Positions 40,084 through 51,900 of a stretch of 64,000 bases of DNA are shown one piece after another (positions within the stretch are counted from its first letter, which is position 1; each line of letters opens with the position of its first letter). The notes under the pieces are model-generated. The model worked only from the letters and a program-made list of their open reading frames with translations. It was not told the DNA's origin and did not search any database. The stretch spans positions 3,100,001 through 3,164,000 of the forward strand of contig CM120641.1 in NCBI GenBank assembly GCA_051362555.1, in the 5' to 3' direction. The DNA comes from Lingula anatina (Eukaryota; Animalia; Brachiopoda). The position numbers were made by a program, and so were the translations under genes.

Positions 40084-41095
40084 TCAGTGATTAGCCCGAC
40101 CTCTCCTGGCTGCTACCAGGGCTCTCAAGCGGCAAGACATTTCTTGGGATAGGTTTTTTGAGTTCAATCTGAAATAACATACCAGGCATCGGTCAAAACA
40201 TGTCCAATTTGGTCCAGTTTTGTTGTAGGACATGTAGGCCGTTGATTCGGCGAGTAATGGCCTACCAACATATTGTCTATGTGGTTCAAATATGGCGATT
40301 TTGATGACCAAGGTAGCTGCTTATTCCCTTGGTTCTGCAAGTTATCTACTATTAAAAGTGCTCTGTGTGAACCGACAATCTCACCGTGCAGCCTAAAATT
40401 CAAAGTAAGCCCCAATCAAATGATAGACAAATGGTTCCCAGATTATTCCTTCATTTGATCTGGTTCAGGTTTTTATCGATGCCTACCATTGGTGTTTCGG
40501 CACCAATGTGGTATCCACTCCAAATACTGACGCTGTCAATGACCCTAGTCACTTCAGATGCGGCAGACGCCTCGCCGTAGACCTCACCTGGATTTCTGTA
40601 AACTCTGTTTTGACTACTTGAGCGATACAGGTGAAATCTGACCTCAATAAAGAAAGCCACGAGGTTTCAGTGTTCAACCCAGAAACGGTAATGGTCCCCA
40701 ATTCATTAGAGAAACAGACGACGATGTTTTACTGTTTGCCGTGGAGGTCTTGGAGGTCGTCTGGTATCCTAATCTGCTAAAACCAGTTTGATGTTCGCTA
40801 AGGGCCTTGAAAAACGCATTTTTTGTGGCAATTTACCCCTCGTTCTGAACGGACTGGGTGTTTTTTGTTTAGCTGCAGCACCATATCCCGAAAGACGAGT
40901 CCTGTACCCTGGTGGTAAGATTTCGGTACATTGGGTGAGACCTCAGTCTATAGCTAGGTACATCAGTCTGGGCATTCCTCTTTAAAAATGTGCGGACCGT
41001 TCCGTTTGGCGCAATAATCTGTCTGGCAATGTCTGTCTTTTTTGCGCCATTCTGCCACAGATTAACAATTCTGTAATACACTGCTTAGCTCATTT
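40084..41095 (-). pseudogene. Tc1-like DDE transposase pseudogene
   Basis: HTH-like RIVNLWQNGAKKTDIARQI; LPWSSKSPYLNHIDNM (cf. WPxxSPDLNPIENxW); MSCRLRALVAARRG (cf. MPRRLxAVIxAxGG); frameshifted. Confidence 0.85.
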
Positions 41096-41561
41096 TACGC
41101 TCTGCAAAACCGACCGCTTATATGCAAAATTTTTAATTCTTTTATGCAGCAGTTGCCGATATATGGATACTTTTTTGACAGAACCATGCTTTGCCAAAGC
41201 CAAGCTTTGGCCAGCCCAAAGGACTGCTACCCAATTAAATCACTGCATATTACACAATGCAGCAGCGCAACAGGCATAGTAGTCAGTTTATTGGTAGCGA
41301 TATACCTGACTACACACTTCTCCATTCACATATCTTATAAGAGATCGGAGTTTTTTTAAAAAAGAACGCATTTTTAACCAAGGCATACCTTCAAAACTGA
41401 AATATTCCATATTAAATGTCAAGTCTGTATCTATTAATAAAACTTGTTTTGTTTTAATTAAGAATAAATTAATAATGGTATAAAGCAAGTTTTTAATGAG
41501 TGAAAACGAATAATAAATTTTCGTTTTAAAAGAAACTAACAAATTCAGTTTTAAACTGGTA

Positions 41562-41908
41562 GGGGAGACCGGGGCTAGTTGGACCCCGGGGTAAGTTGGC
41601 CCCCCCGTCATTTTATGAAAAAGTAACTACGAGGTAAAGAAATTGGCCACATACTCTTGTAAAGTGACCGTAGCCTACAATGCTAAGGAAGTGTCGGCCG
41701 TGGCGGGGCAAGTTGGCCCCCTTGACGTCAACTGCGTTTTTTGTCAAATTGTGAGCCATGTGGCATTATATTTGAAAAATAATGGTGTTACATACGTAGC
41801 TTAGTTCATAGGGCTTACTTTGAAACCGGTTTTGTTACTCTAACCCATTCCTAGTTGGCTCTACAAGGCCAAAAGTGTCTAACTGGGCCAACTAGCCCCG
41901 GTCTCCCC
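41562..41908. mobile_element. TA-flanked MITE with 21-bp TIRs
   Basis: TA|GGGGAGACCGGGGCTAGTTGG...CCAACTAGCCCCGGTCTCCCC|TA. Confidence 0.85.
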
Positions 41909-42281
41909 TAATTATTTAACAAACCATTGAGTTTGTTTCAACAATGGTCTCTAGCTCTGTTGCGCGCAAAGGATTGTGGGTAATATGAGGATTCAACTTT
42001 TGCCCCGAGTCAAGGGGGCCAACTAGACCCGGGTGCACATTTTTTATTTTACAGGATGGCAGCCATTTATGGTGCTAGAATGAGCAACGATGATTCATCT
42101 CTGTAAAACTTGAAACAATGAGCTTCAGTTTGATGCCCTATACATGCAGTATATCATATTCGATCAAAAGCCTATGAAAACAGATTTTTTAATCTCTTAA
42201 ACAAAATTACTTTTAGGTGCAAAAATCGTTTATTTCGACTCGCTGCTTAAGTAAAACTTTTTAACGTACGACACTTCCTTA

Positions 42282-42802
42282 TGCCCCTATTTCACACAGA
42301 CCACGAATCCCACAAATCGCCAGGAATTGACAAATTTCAGGATTCGTGAGGATTCGTGAGATTTTGCCAATTTTCTGGTATAATTTGACACGCTCTACGA
42401 TTCAGTTACGATACAGGTACGATAGTGTTACGAATTTTCGTGGGATTCGGCTGGAATCGTAAGATTTTGCCAATTTTCTGGTCTAATTCGACACGCTTTA
42501 CGATTCAGTTACGATACAGGTGCGATAGTGTTACGAATATTCGTGGGATTCGGCTGGAATCGCGCGAATATTGTCCACAAATTCACTACGATTTTTTGGA
42601 ATCGGGAGTTCATGGCCAAAATTTTGAACAGCTCAAAATTTTTGCCACGAATTCCCGATTGATCAAGAATTGCAAGAACTGACTACGATTATATACGAAT
42701 CTGTTAGGAACTTCACGAACTGATTACGATTCAACCACGAATCCTGAAATTTGTCAATTCATGGCGATTCGTGGGATTCGTGGTCTTTGTGAAATAGGGG
42801 CA
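42282..42802. mobile_element. PIF/Harbinger-like MITE inserted in an inverted fragment (42269-42922) of the preceding MITE family
   Basis: TTA TSD; ~65-bp TIR TGCCCCTATTTCACA...; internal ~102-bp tandem duplication. The flanks rejoin as CGACACTTCCTTAGCATTGTAGGCTA, the reverse complement of 41671-41696. Confidence 0.85.
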
Positions 42803-44147
42803 TTAGCATTGTAGGCTACGGTCACTTTACAAGAGCATGAGGCCAATTTTTCTTACCTCGTAGTTACTTTTTCATAAATTGACGGGGGGTGGGGGGGGGG
42901 GCAACTTCCCCCGGGGTCCAACAAAGTTCTTGTCAAAATGATGAAAGTGACCATCTCAAAATGATGTTAGCACCTCGCAAAAAAAATTTACTGGTCAAAA
43001 TGATCCTTCCATCTTTTTTGTACAAACGGCGTTCCATAAAATCCAAGTTTTTTTGTATTAAAGTGTTGTTACACTTTCCAAGCGATGTCTGTGCGGTGCA
43101 CGCATAATACCCGTAAATCTCTTCTCGTGCGACATAACAATAGTGAAGATTTTTACAACTTAGTTTAATTCACATTATTACCGTGGCAAACGTATTTTAG
43201 GATTTAGGTAACGCTCGTGATGGTTAAGAAGTACGATTAAACTGATTCGGATCATATAGTGATGCTTAGACACAAACGTATTCCATTTTTAGTCATTTAA
43301 TCACGATTGAAAATTTAATCCACTCACTTTTCTTTCTATTTGTAGGTACAGAGTAGGCCTACGCCGCACAAACCTGAACTTGTCGACATCGTGTGGCTGT
43401 TGCATGCTTTGGTGATGTAAATCAATCTATAGATAAACAAAAAATGTTTGTAATACCTACGATTACACTGGGGTAACTTTTCGTCGTGGTTTTTGTTTTG
43501 AAAAGAAAAACGCAAACGAACATACAAGGTCGCAAGTTAAGGAATGTGTTCCGTGAATGTGTTCTGAGAAAGGGAAGGTTTTATCTTGATTTTTGTTTTT
43601 ATCTTGGTTCCTAGTTTCAATTTGCGTTTTCATGAAGAAAATATGACCAACATACTTTGTTTCAGCTTTTTTAAAACTTATAATCATTTTTACAAACACG
43701 TGTATGAGAGGTACATGTAGGTACATGTATAAAGCCGAGAACTATTAAGTTGGCACTATTAAGTTGGCATGCTTTATTATTAAAACTAAAATGTAAAAGT
43801 AAATATCGTTCTTTTTTTACAAATTCACAGCATGTTGAATCTTTTCATATGACAAAACATTGGTTACGTTTGTATTTGTGTCTTTTTAATGACATAAGTA
43901 CAACAAACCCATGCTATCTAGGGATGTTTAAAGAAGTCGAAGAGCGCCAGAGAGGGAACGGGAACAAATACCTGTAGTTAACAAAGAATTAACTGATATA
44001 GGCAAAAATGCAAAACTCGGGGTGGAGTATGTTTTGCCATCTTTCACGTCAACTGAAGTATATTCAATAAAATTTAAGATAAACATATTTGCGTAAATGA
44101 ATTTCAAGCTTTTTGAGTCAAAAGTGGGATGGGTGGGTTCCACGATA

Positions 44148-44214
44148 CGTTTGTCAATCTGTGTAAGACCGTCCCGCTGTCGTTTGTCAATCTGTGTAAG
44201 ACCGTCCCGCTGTC
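44148..44214. repeat. Perfect 33-bp tandem duplication
   Basis: CGTTTGTCAATCTGTGTAAGACCGTCCCGCTGT occurs twice. Confidence 0.95.
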
Positions 44215-44323
44215 TGATTAAAAGCTCGTCTGGTTCTAGCCTCTTATATATTTCGTTCTAACGCCCCGTGTTTGTTACATTAAGAATTTCCTAATTGAAC
44301 TGCTTCAGTTATGATGATATATA

Positions 44324-44331
<8 letters not shown>

Positions 44332-44390
<59 letters not shown>
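44332..44390. repeat. (AT)n microsatellite
   Basis: Directly visible. Confidence 0.95.
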
Positions 44391-44393
<3 letters not shown>

Positions 44394-44778
44394 GATAAGA
44401 TAAAAGGGCACTTTACACATCTTTAGTTTATCTGCTTTTCAAAATTTAGAAGACGTACTCTACACCTGATTGCATCATCTGGATTTATATCAATCGTGTT
44501 TTCGGGTGGTCGGTTCATGCCTTAGTTTTAAGCAGAGTGATTTGACGTTTCAGTCTTACAGTTCTGATCTGATATGAGATAACTGTTTGTACAATGTAGT
44601 ATTTGTTGCTTGTTTGGTGCGAGGCGTCTCCTAAAGGAATTTATTGTTTACTGGCATATGTCTGTTTATGTTAAATAAAGCAATGAAAAGGTTTTTTATC
44701 TCTTAAATGTGCGTGTATATGCTTTGGTGTCTAGATTTATCCTAAGAAGTAACAGAAAAAATATTTTCAAATAAATAG

Positions 44779-44784
44779 TTTATT
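44779..44784 (-). promoter_or_regulatory. Candidate polyadenylation signal of the giant gene
   Basis: AATAAA on the minus strand ~1.2 kb past the stop, after an AT-rich 3' UTR. Confidence 0.35.
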
Positions 44785-45055
44785 AATGAATAACTTAAAA
44801 AAAACTTCAACAGATCTACATGGCATTTGCCAACTTAAACAAAAAGTTGTCCTCACTCTCGAAAACAATTGGAAATATACCCAAAGTATATATGTACACA
44901 ATTTTCTTGTATAAAAATAGCTCATTTTCAAAAAACATTTAAAATGTATACAAACTATCTGTACCTTGTAAAATGGCTACAGTATGAAATCTTAAATTAA
45001 AAGTGCATTTTTTATACCAGATTCCATTAAATGTCTTACTGAAAACACCACACAC

Positions 45056-45087
<32 letters not shown>

Positions 45088-45960
45088 ATATATCATTTAT
45101 GTGTAAGTAAAACACTCTATTTACAACAATATACACGTATATAAATAAATTTGTGGCACTTTGTTTTAAATCAGCATATTCCACATATTACAAACAATTT
45201 TGATATGTTGTATTTCTTTGAATGATTATCAAGCAAATCCTATCATCAAAACTAGTCTAATTTGCCATGAAAAGGAAAACATTTAAAAACAACTGAGAAA
45301 TAAAAATGAAACACGTATAATGTGGTATGTATTCAGTTTGATTTTGAGCAACAACTGGGATATTAACACTGTACAAAATTAATAATTCCTTTTGCATGCC
45401 TGCATTCTAGCTGCAGTAGAATAACTCGGTTATAACTGTGGAATCAGAATCTCAATTCAAAAGGCATTTTTCCTTTCAATTTTTACACACCATTCACAAA
45501 TTTCAGATTATTTTGTAATTTCTCTGTAGAGTTTCTGTTTAATTTATGACATCATACTTGTGTATGTACAAGTTAAAAGAAAATAAGGCACAACTATCAA
45601 AAGCTATAAAGCATGTCTACCTTATCTGTCTACCATATACTACAAAATGAAAGCCCCATGGCAGTTTAGGGTAGATTTTCAATTCTACAATGTGTACAGT
45701 ACTCTACCTAATGTAATATCTCACTCATCTAAAAATCTTTAATAAAATAAATATCATTTCTCCCATAGACGGCTAAAATCCATACAAAATTCTTGGATAA
45801 GAATATATTTCAAAATTCTTGTTCATTTTCATTCTCAAGGTGTTTCTTAAATTAGTAGTTGTTGGTGAAAGTTTTTTCTTTCTCCTAAAAAAATCCACCT
45901 GTCAGTGTTTTCTCCAAGAGTGATAAGATATGGATATCACACAGAGAATGTGCATTTAGG

Positions 45961-48900
45961 TTATTTTCTTTTATATTGGTGAGAATTTTTCCTTTCACGC
46001 TTTCTCTGTTCAATCCTGGACATAATGGCCGTTGCACTCAATGGTTCGAAAGGTATCGTGTTCAACTCAGGGACCTCCCATTCCAATGTCCCTAGTCCCG
46101 ATGTTTCGGTTCTGGTGCGCTGCCTGGAAGTTAAAGCTGCTTCCACTGTTCTCTCACTGCGCAGCAGTATATCTCTGGCATAGCCGGAGCTCAGGTACGA
46201 GGTGTTTCTGGATGGTGAGGGGGACCTGTATGGGGACTGGCTTGGGGCTATCTCATAAGCTTGGTAATCAAAGTCTGTATTATATGTGGGTTCGTTTCTG
46301 TAGTTCAGTGAAGATGGTGAGTGGTAAGATGCATCCCAACTGAAACATTAAAATAATATAAGTTATTTAAAGACTTTCCTTTTAAGTTGTGTGCAGGCGT
46401 TTTAAAATCACTCTTAACATCAGATAAAATGTGTAAAACAACTAAATATGTCCTGACTAAATGCCGTTGTATGAATGATGCTGACAAAAGCCCAATTTAC
46501 ATACTCTTATCTAAATTATTTTTGAAATATGTTTTGTAAAAATTATAATAACAATTGGAAGTCAGTATCTTCCACAGACACATTTCTTTAAAATATCTTG
46601 TCCAATTTCCTTTCACAATATTATCTATATTGTCTGCATGGATGCTCACCTTTGCTCTCTTCCATCATCGCCATGGTAACCAGTAAATTCCTGACTTTCA
46701 CTGTGATGTAATCCAGGGGTGTCAAGGTGGTACTTTTTACGCATAGCCTCAATTTCATCATCTATCTCCTACAACGCAAATATTTATAAATCATTAGAAG
46801 TGACAAAATAAAATCTATTACCGTAAGTGTGAATCACAGTTAAGATCTGATTGTTGAGGAATTTAATGCATTCTGTGATTAATTTTAGAAGGCCAAGCTG
46901 CCAGAAGGAACAGCAAAGAGAAAAGAGAACTTATATTATGCAGATAACAAGCACATGGCTGATGATGTATGGTTTAAATCAAAACACTGAAATATTGTGG
47001 ATACACTTAAATACTATGGTTACTTAAAAGCTTTTAAATAATTGACATATTTGACAATTTTGCATCCAGACCAGGTAATTTTTTAGGTATGTGTAAATTT
47101 TGTTTTAAAAATGTTGGAGTTTTTAACTTATATTACATGGGTACTATATTACTGTAGGGATATTGCAGTGCAGAAATATATAGTTTATACAAGCTGAACA
47201 CAAAAATGGCACTTATTAGAACAAAGTGCAACAAATCAAACACAAATACACAGGGGGGAACAATACCCTAGACCCAGTAAATACACTTTACATTCTTACA
47301 ATACAGAACACGAAAAAGATTTTAAAACTAAATTCAGGATGTGGGTAACTACATGAACAACTGGATTCTGCAAAATATATTTTTGAAAAGCATATGTCTC
47401 TTTTCAAAGTAATTTAATAAAATTGACCATTTTTCTTTTCATTTGAGATAGGGATTCAGACTTAAAAACTGTGTAGAAATGAAAACCCCACTGCAGGTTA
47501 AGTGTGCCAAAATATACAGTTCTAAACTACTGCTCTAAAGATAACAAGTGTAAGCATGCAGCAAATTCCAACCATTCACCAATCAATAAATGCATATTAA
47601 AATTGACAAATTATACATATGTCAGGGTAGAAACTGCAATTTGGTAGAGTCAGCAGTGCTAGAGGTAGGGAGAAGTGTCAATCAGTGTTTACTAGTACAT
47701 ATAGACAGAAAATTTCTATTGGTTTACATGTTTGGATGTATACCAGTTTCCACCATGAATATATATACTACCACCCAGAGTTTCAGCTTCCAGTCAAATA
47801 AATCTGAAACATGGGGTGACAAGCACAGTACACAAACACAATACAATTCAAACCAGGTGCAAAGGGGGATGCCATCACCAAAGAAATCAAACCATCATAA
47901 ATAAACTACAACACTTCAGTGATGTACCTGATAGTATCCTGTAAATTTACTAGCTGAGACCTGTAATTCAACATGGAAATGCAAAAGATGGGTTATTTGA
48001 TCTAACATAAAGTGACAATAGCAGTTAAAAGACAATATATCTAAATGATAGACAACAAAAGCCATTCTATGTGTTTAACATAAATCTGAAAGTTACTTTA
48101 AACTGAAGACATTAAAAGCAATAAAAAAATAACGTGACAGTTTTTATGGAGAGGGTTACTTTATGCAAGTTGATCAAAATTATAACAACGTGAAAAGCAC
48201 ATAATGAATCTCTACACATAAATGCAGTTTTAAAAATTGTATGAACAAAAAGAAGCAACTACAACAAAATAATTAACAAAGTGGTATATAAAAGATGACA
48301 GTAAAAGCAAAGAAGTGATTTTCAAAGGCAAAGTAATGTTAACAAGATAATCTATCATTTAATTTTAACTTACTACACTAATATTATCTTATTTTCTAGT
48401 TTTTTTTTCTACGTCACTTAAGTGTGAATTATATGTTTTTCAGCTATTTTTTGTTTTCCTAGAAGACAATAAAATGGATCACACATTGAACTCCAAAAGT
48501 ATCAGACATTAGACATCAGAAGTTCAGAGCATTAAACTACTTACCCTTTCTCTTCTTTCCTTATTTAACTCATCATCATAATAATCATTCCTGTCATAGG
48601 AGAAATATGATGATGATGATGCTCTAGGCTCAGGTCTGGCTGACCACGAACTGAAATGATAACATGATAAAATTTATTAATGCATAAAAATACACTACAT
48701 TATCAAAAATTGTTATGGAATTGAAAAATCAAAAACAATTCAACATCATCTTGAAAGTTAATTTCAGGGATGACACATGCAAACAAAGACCCAAATGCGT
48801 AGAAACGAAAAACAAATTAATGCCAATGATTGTTACCTGCTATCAGATGATGCCTTGGGTCTAGGTACGGAGTATTTCTCTCTTGGAGATTTTTTCAAAC

Positions 48901-51900
48901 TTTCATGGGCCTTTTCAATTTCTGCCCTGCTCTGTCTCCTCATCTGCTGAGTTTCTAAGAGTAAACTCTCTGTCTCATCATGAAGTGATCGTACAAAGGT
49001 GAGGACACTGGCCTGATCAGAGGTGGGAAGATTTCGCCTGGCAACCTTGGGGCTTAACACATCTCCAACCACATCTTTCCTGAAGGTATCCTTTGGTCTG
49101 TAATCTGTGGTGTCTTCACTATCTTTGACTGTATAGCTTCTGTATGAGCCTACAGAATGAGAGCTCACTGATGGAGAGCTGTAGAATGGCAGAGTGACAG
49201 AACTCTCCGTGCTAGGCAGAGAAGGCAGTGGTGGTCTTGAAATTCCATAGTCTCTCTCAGGTTCCAGGTGATGAGGTCTACTGTTGTTGTTGTTGTGACG
49301 TTCATGGAGATGCACATTTTCAGGATGTTCTGGGGTTAGTTTTCTTGGAGCCTCTCTGTGATAAAGCAGACGAGATGTACTTTTTGCTGATGGTCCATTA
49401 CTGGTATTGTCTGCTGGATACTGTCTGGGTGTTGTTGACTTATTCTGATTGGCATCAGGGTTCGAATTTGTTGAATATTGACCTGATGCATATGACACAG
49501 GCTCCTCTCTAGGCGACCTTGAACGTGATCTCGACCTGGATATTGAACTTGGAGAAATTTCCAAACTTGCTGCGAGTGAATTGCTAGCCACATTTACAGA
49601 GGTGGCAGTAGAAGAGGGTGTTGATGTTGTAGTCTCCTTGTTGGTTTTTACCAAATCTTTTCTCAGTTTTGCTAAATGCTGGAGGTAATGCATTGGGGTC
49701 CAGTAGCCCCCGGATTCAGACATTTTAATGCTACTGGAAACACTGCTTTTCCTTGATGAGGATGGAGGTCGCTGACTGCTGGTTTCACTGACTATATCAC
49801 CTTTGTCCCAGCTGTGGTCACGGCCATGCTCATGATGTTCATGATCAGTTCCGTGATCACGTCTAGCAGGACTAGGGCTTTTGGTGCTTTCGTAACTCTT
49901 CTGTTCTCTTTCTCGTTCCACTTTAAATACTTCAATTTCAGCCTGCCGCCGTATTTTGGCCATTTCACTCCTCACAAGGGCTCTGGGTTTTCTGCCTTTG
50001 TGTCTCTCCTTTTCCAAATGTCGAATCCTTTTCTCAATGCTCTTCTTTGACTCCTCCAACTGAGTGCGGTATTTCTCAAGGTACTCTTCAGTAATTTCAG
50101 TCAGGTGCTGTGCACCTGTTTCAAATTTGAACATTTCTAATGGCCTTTCATCGTCCCAGTTCTCTTCTAAAGTTTTCAACAGAATGTCCGTTTGTCCAAA
50201 TGCATAATTCAACTGAGCTTCAGCCAATTCCACATAAATCCTTGATGGAACATAGTCCAAAGCAAGGAGACTTATAATACGCAATCTTTCTGTTCGTAAT
50301 TTTTCCATTTCATCAAGAATTTGTTGATGACGTTCTTGATCATCAGTTCCAATAGATTCATCGAGATGATCCCTGGGTGACAATGACAAGTCAAGGTCTG
50401 TTTGTGTGAAATCATCAGTGATATTCAAGGATGTATCTGCCTGTGTACCCTCACTGAGGAAACTAATTCTGTCACTGGTAGATTCAGACACACTCACTGT
50501 AGTATTGCTTTCGCTTTCCTTGCTATTATCAATTTCTTTCTCAGATACAAAACCACCATATGAAGTAGAAGTAGGCACATCAGTAATTGCTGTATCTGGG
50601 CCAATGGCAGAGGTTGCTGTATTTACCAATGTACTTGTTTGTATATAAAGTTGAGCAGCAGGAGCAGGGGTGCTTGTTGTTTGTACATCGAAACATTCTC
50701 TACCATCTTCATCAAGTACACCTGATGTATCTACACCTCGAAGCTCTCTATTTGAAGTGTTTTCTGTGAAATAACTATCACTTGTGGTCAAATGTTTAAC
50801 CTGGGTTGTGTCCGATCTCTCACTACGTGACTCATCTGATGTTCTGGACATTTCATGTGACGTTCTAGACGTTTCATGTGATGTTTTAGACATATCATGT
50901 GATGTGAGTTCAGCATTTTGTGACAAAATTGAACTTGTTGATGTAACACCCATTGACAATCCAATATCAATGTCTTTCATCTGTGATCCACTGATGACTA
51001 TGGTTGGCAGAGTCAGGCTGGTTGTTTGTATGGCTGTGGTCACTACAGACGACAAGTCAACTGTAAAAGACAATACAGCAGCCTGTTAGTATCATATGAA
51101 GAAATTATTTATGAATATCTAAATAATACAAATTGTTAAGTATTCTACTATTTCTTAATCAATCAATCCATCAATGAAATGAAAATAATGCTTGCAATTC
51201 ACTTGAACTAAAGTTCATTTTTACAACAGGAGTACACGTTATCTTCCTGAGCTCTATCTAGACCATTTTGCAACCAAAACAGCTTTAAGCCCAATATCAG
51301 AAAATCAAATAAATATTTACCAGGCGTTGACACAATAGGCTCCATTGGTGATTTTTGCTGAATTGTGTCATTCAGATCAGGCATTGTTGGTGTAGGACTC
51401 ATCCACTTTCTTCTGCTGGTAGATCTTGATTCTCCTGTTCGCCTCAGCAGAGCCATCATCAGAGCATGTTCTTTCCTAAGGGCCTCAATATCTGGTGGAG
51501 TGATGGTGTACTGTGGCATTTCAACCTCAACAGTACCAGCGCTGGGCCTTCTAGGAGCAGTGCTTGGTGTGGAAAGAGATGGTGGTTCAGACTGATGTTC
51601 AGTCTCAGTAGAGTGTTCATCAGTAGCAACTGCTGTTGTTGTTGCTGCCATATTCAGATCAGACTGGGAACTCAGCAAAGACCATAGTGAGTCTGTTGTT
51701 TGAAGGCCCTCACTGACCATAAAGCTAGATGCTTCATTGAGATCTGCTGCACTGCTGACTCTACTCTGGCCTGTGAGCAGAGACATAAGAGAGTCTCCTG
51801 TCTGCATGCCAAAACTATTGGTCCTGTTGAAAGGGGTTTCTTCTTCTGTGTTCAAATCAAAGAGTGACCACAAAGAGCGTGTGGTCTGAGATCCGATGCT

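Larger units (their letters stand above)
39365..41908 (-). mobile_element. Decayed Tc1/mariner-superfamily element bounded by ~200-bp inverted repeats starting GGGGAGACCGGGGCTAGTTGG
   Basis: 39365-39590 is inverted relative to 41703-41908; transposase relic lies between. Confidence 0.7.

Noticed and set aside
51208-51320. Hydrophobic C-terminal tail of the 4239-aa ORF as a membrane anchor
   Set aside because: It lies beyond a good phase-compatible donor at 51321 and is most likely intron read-through.
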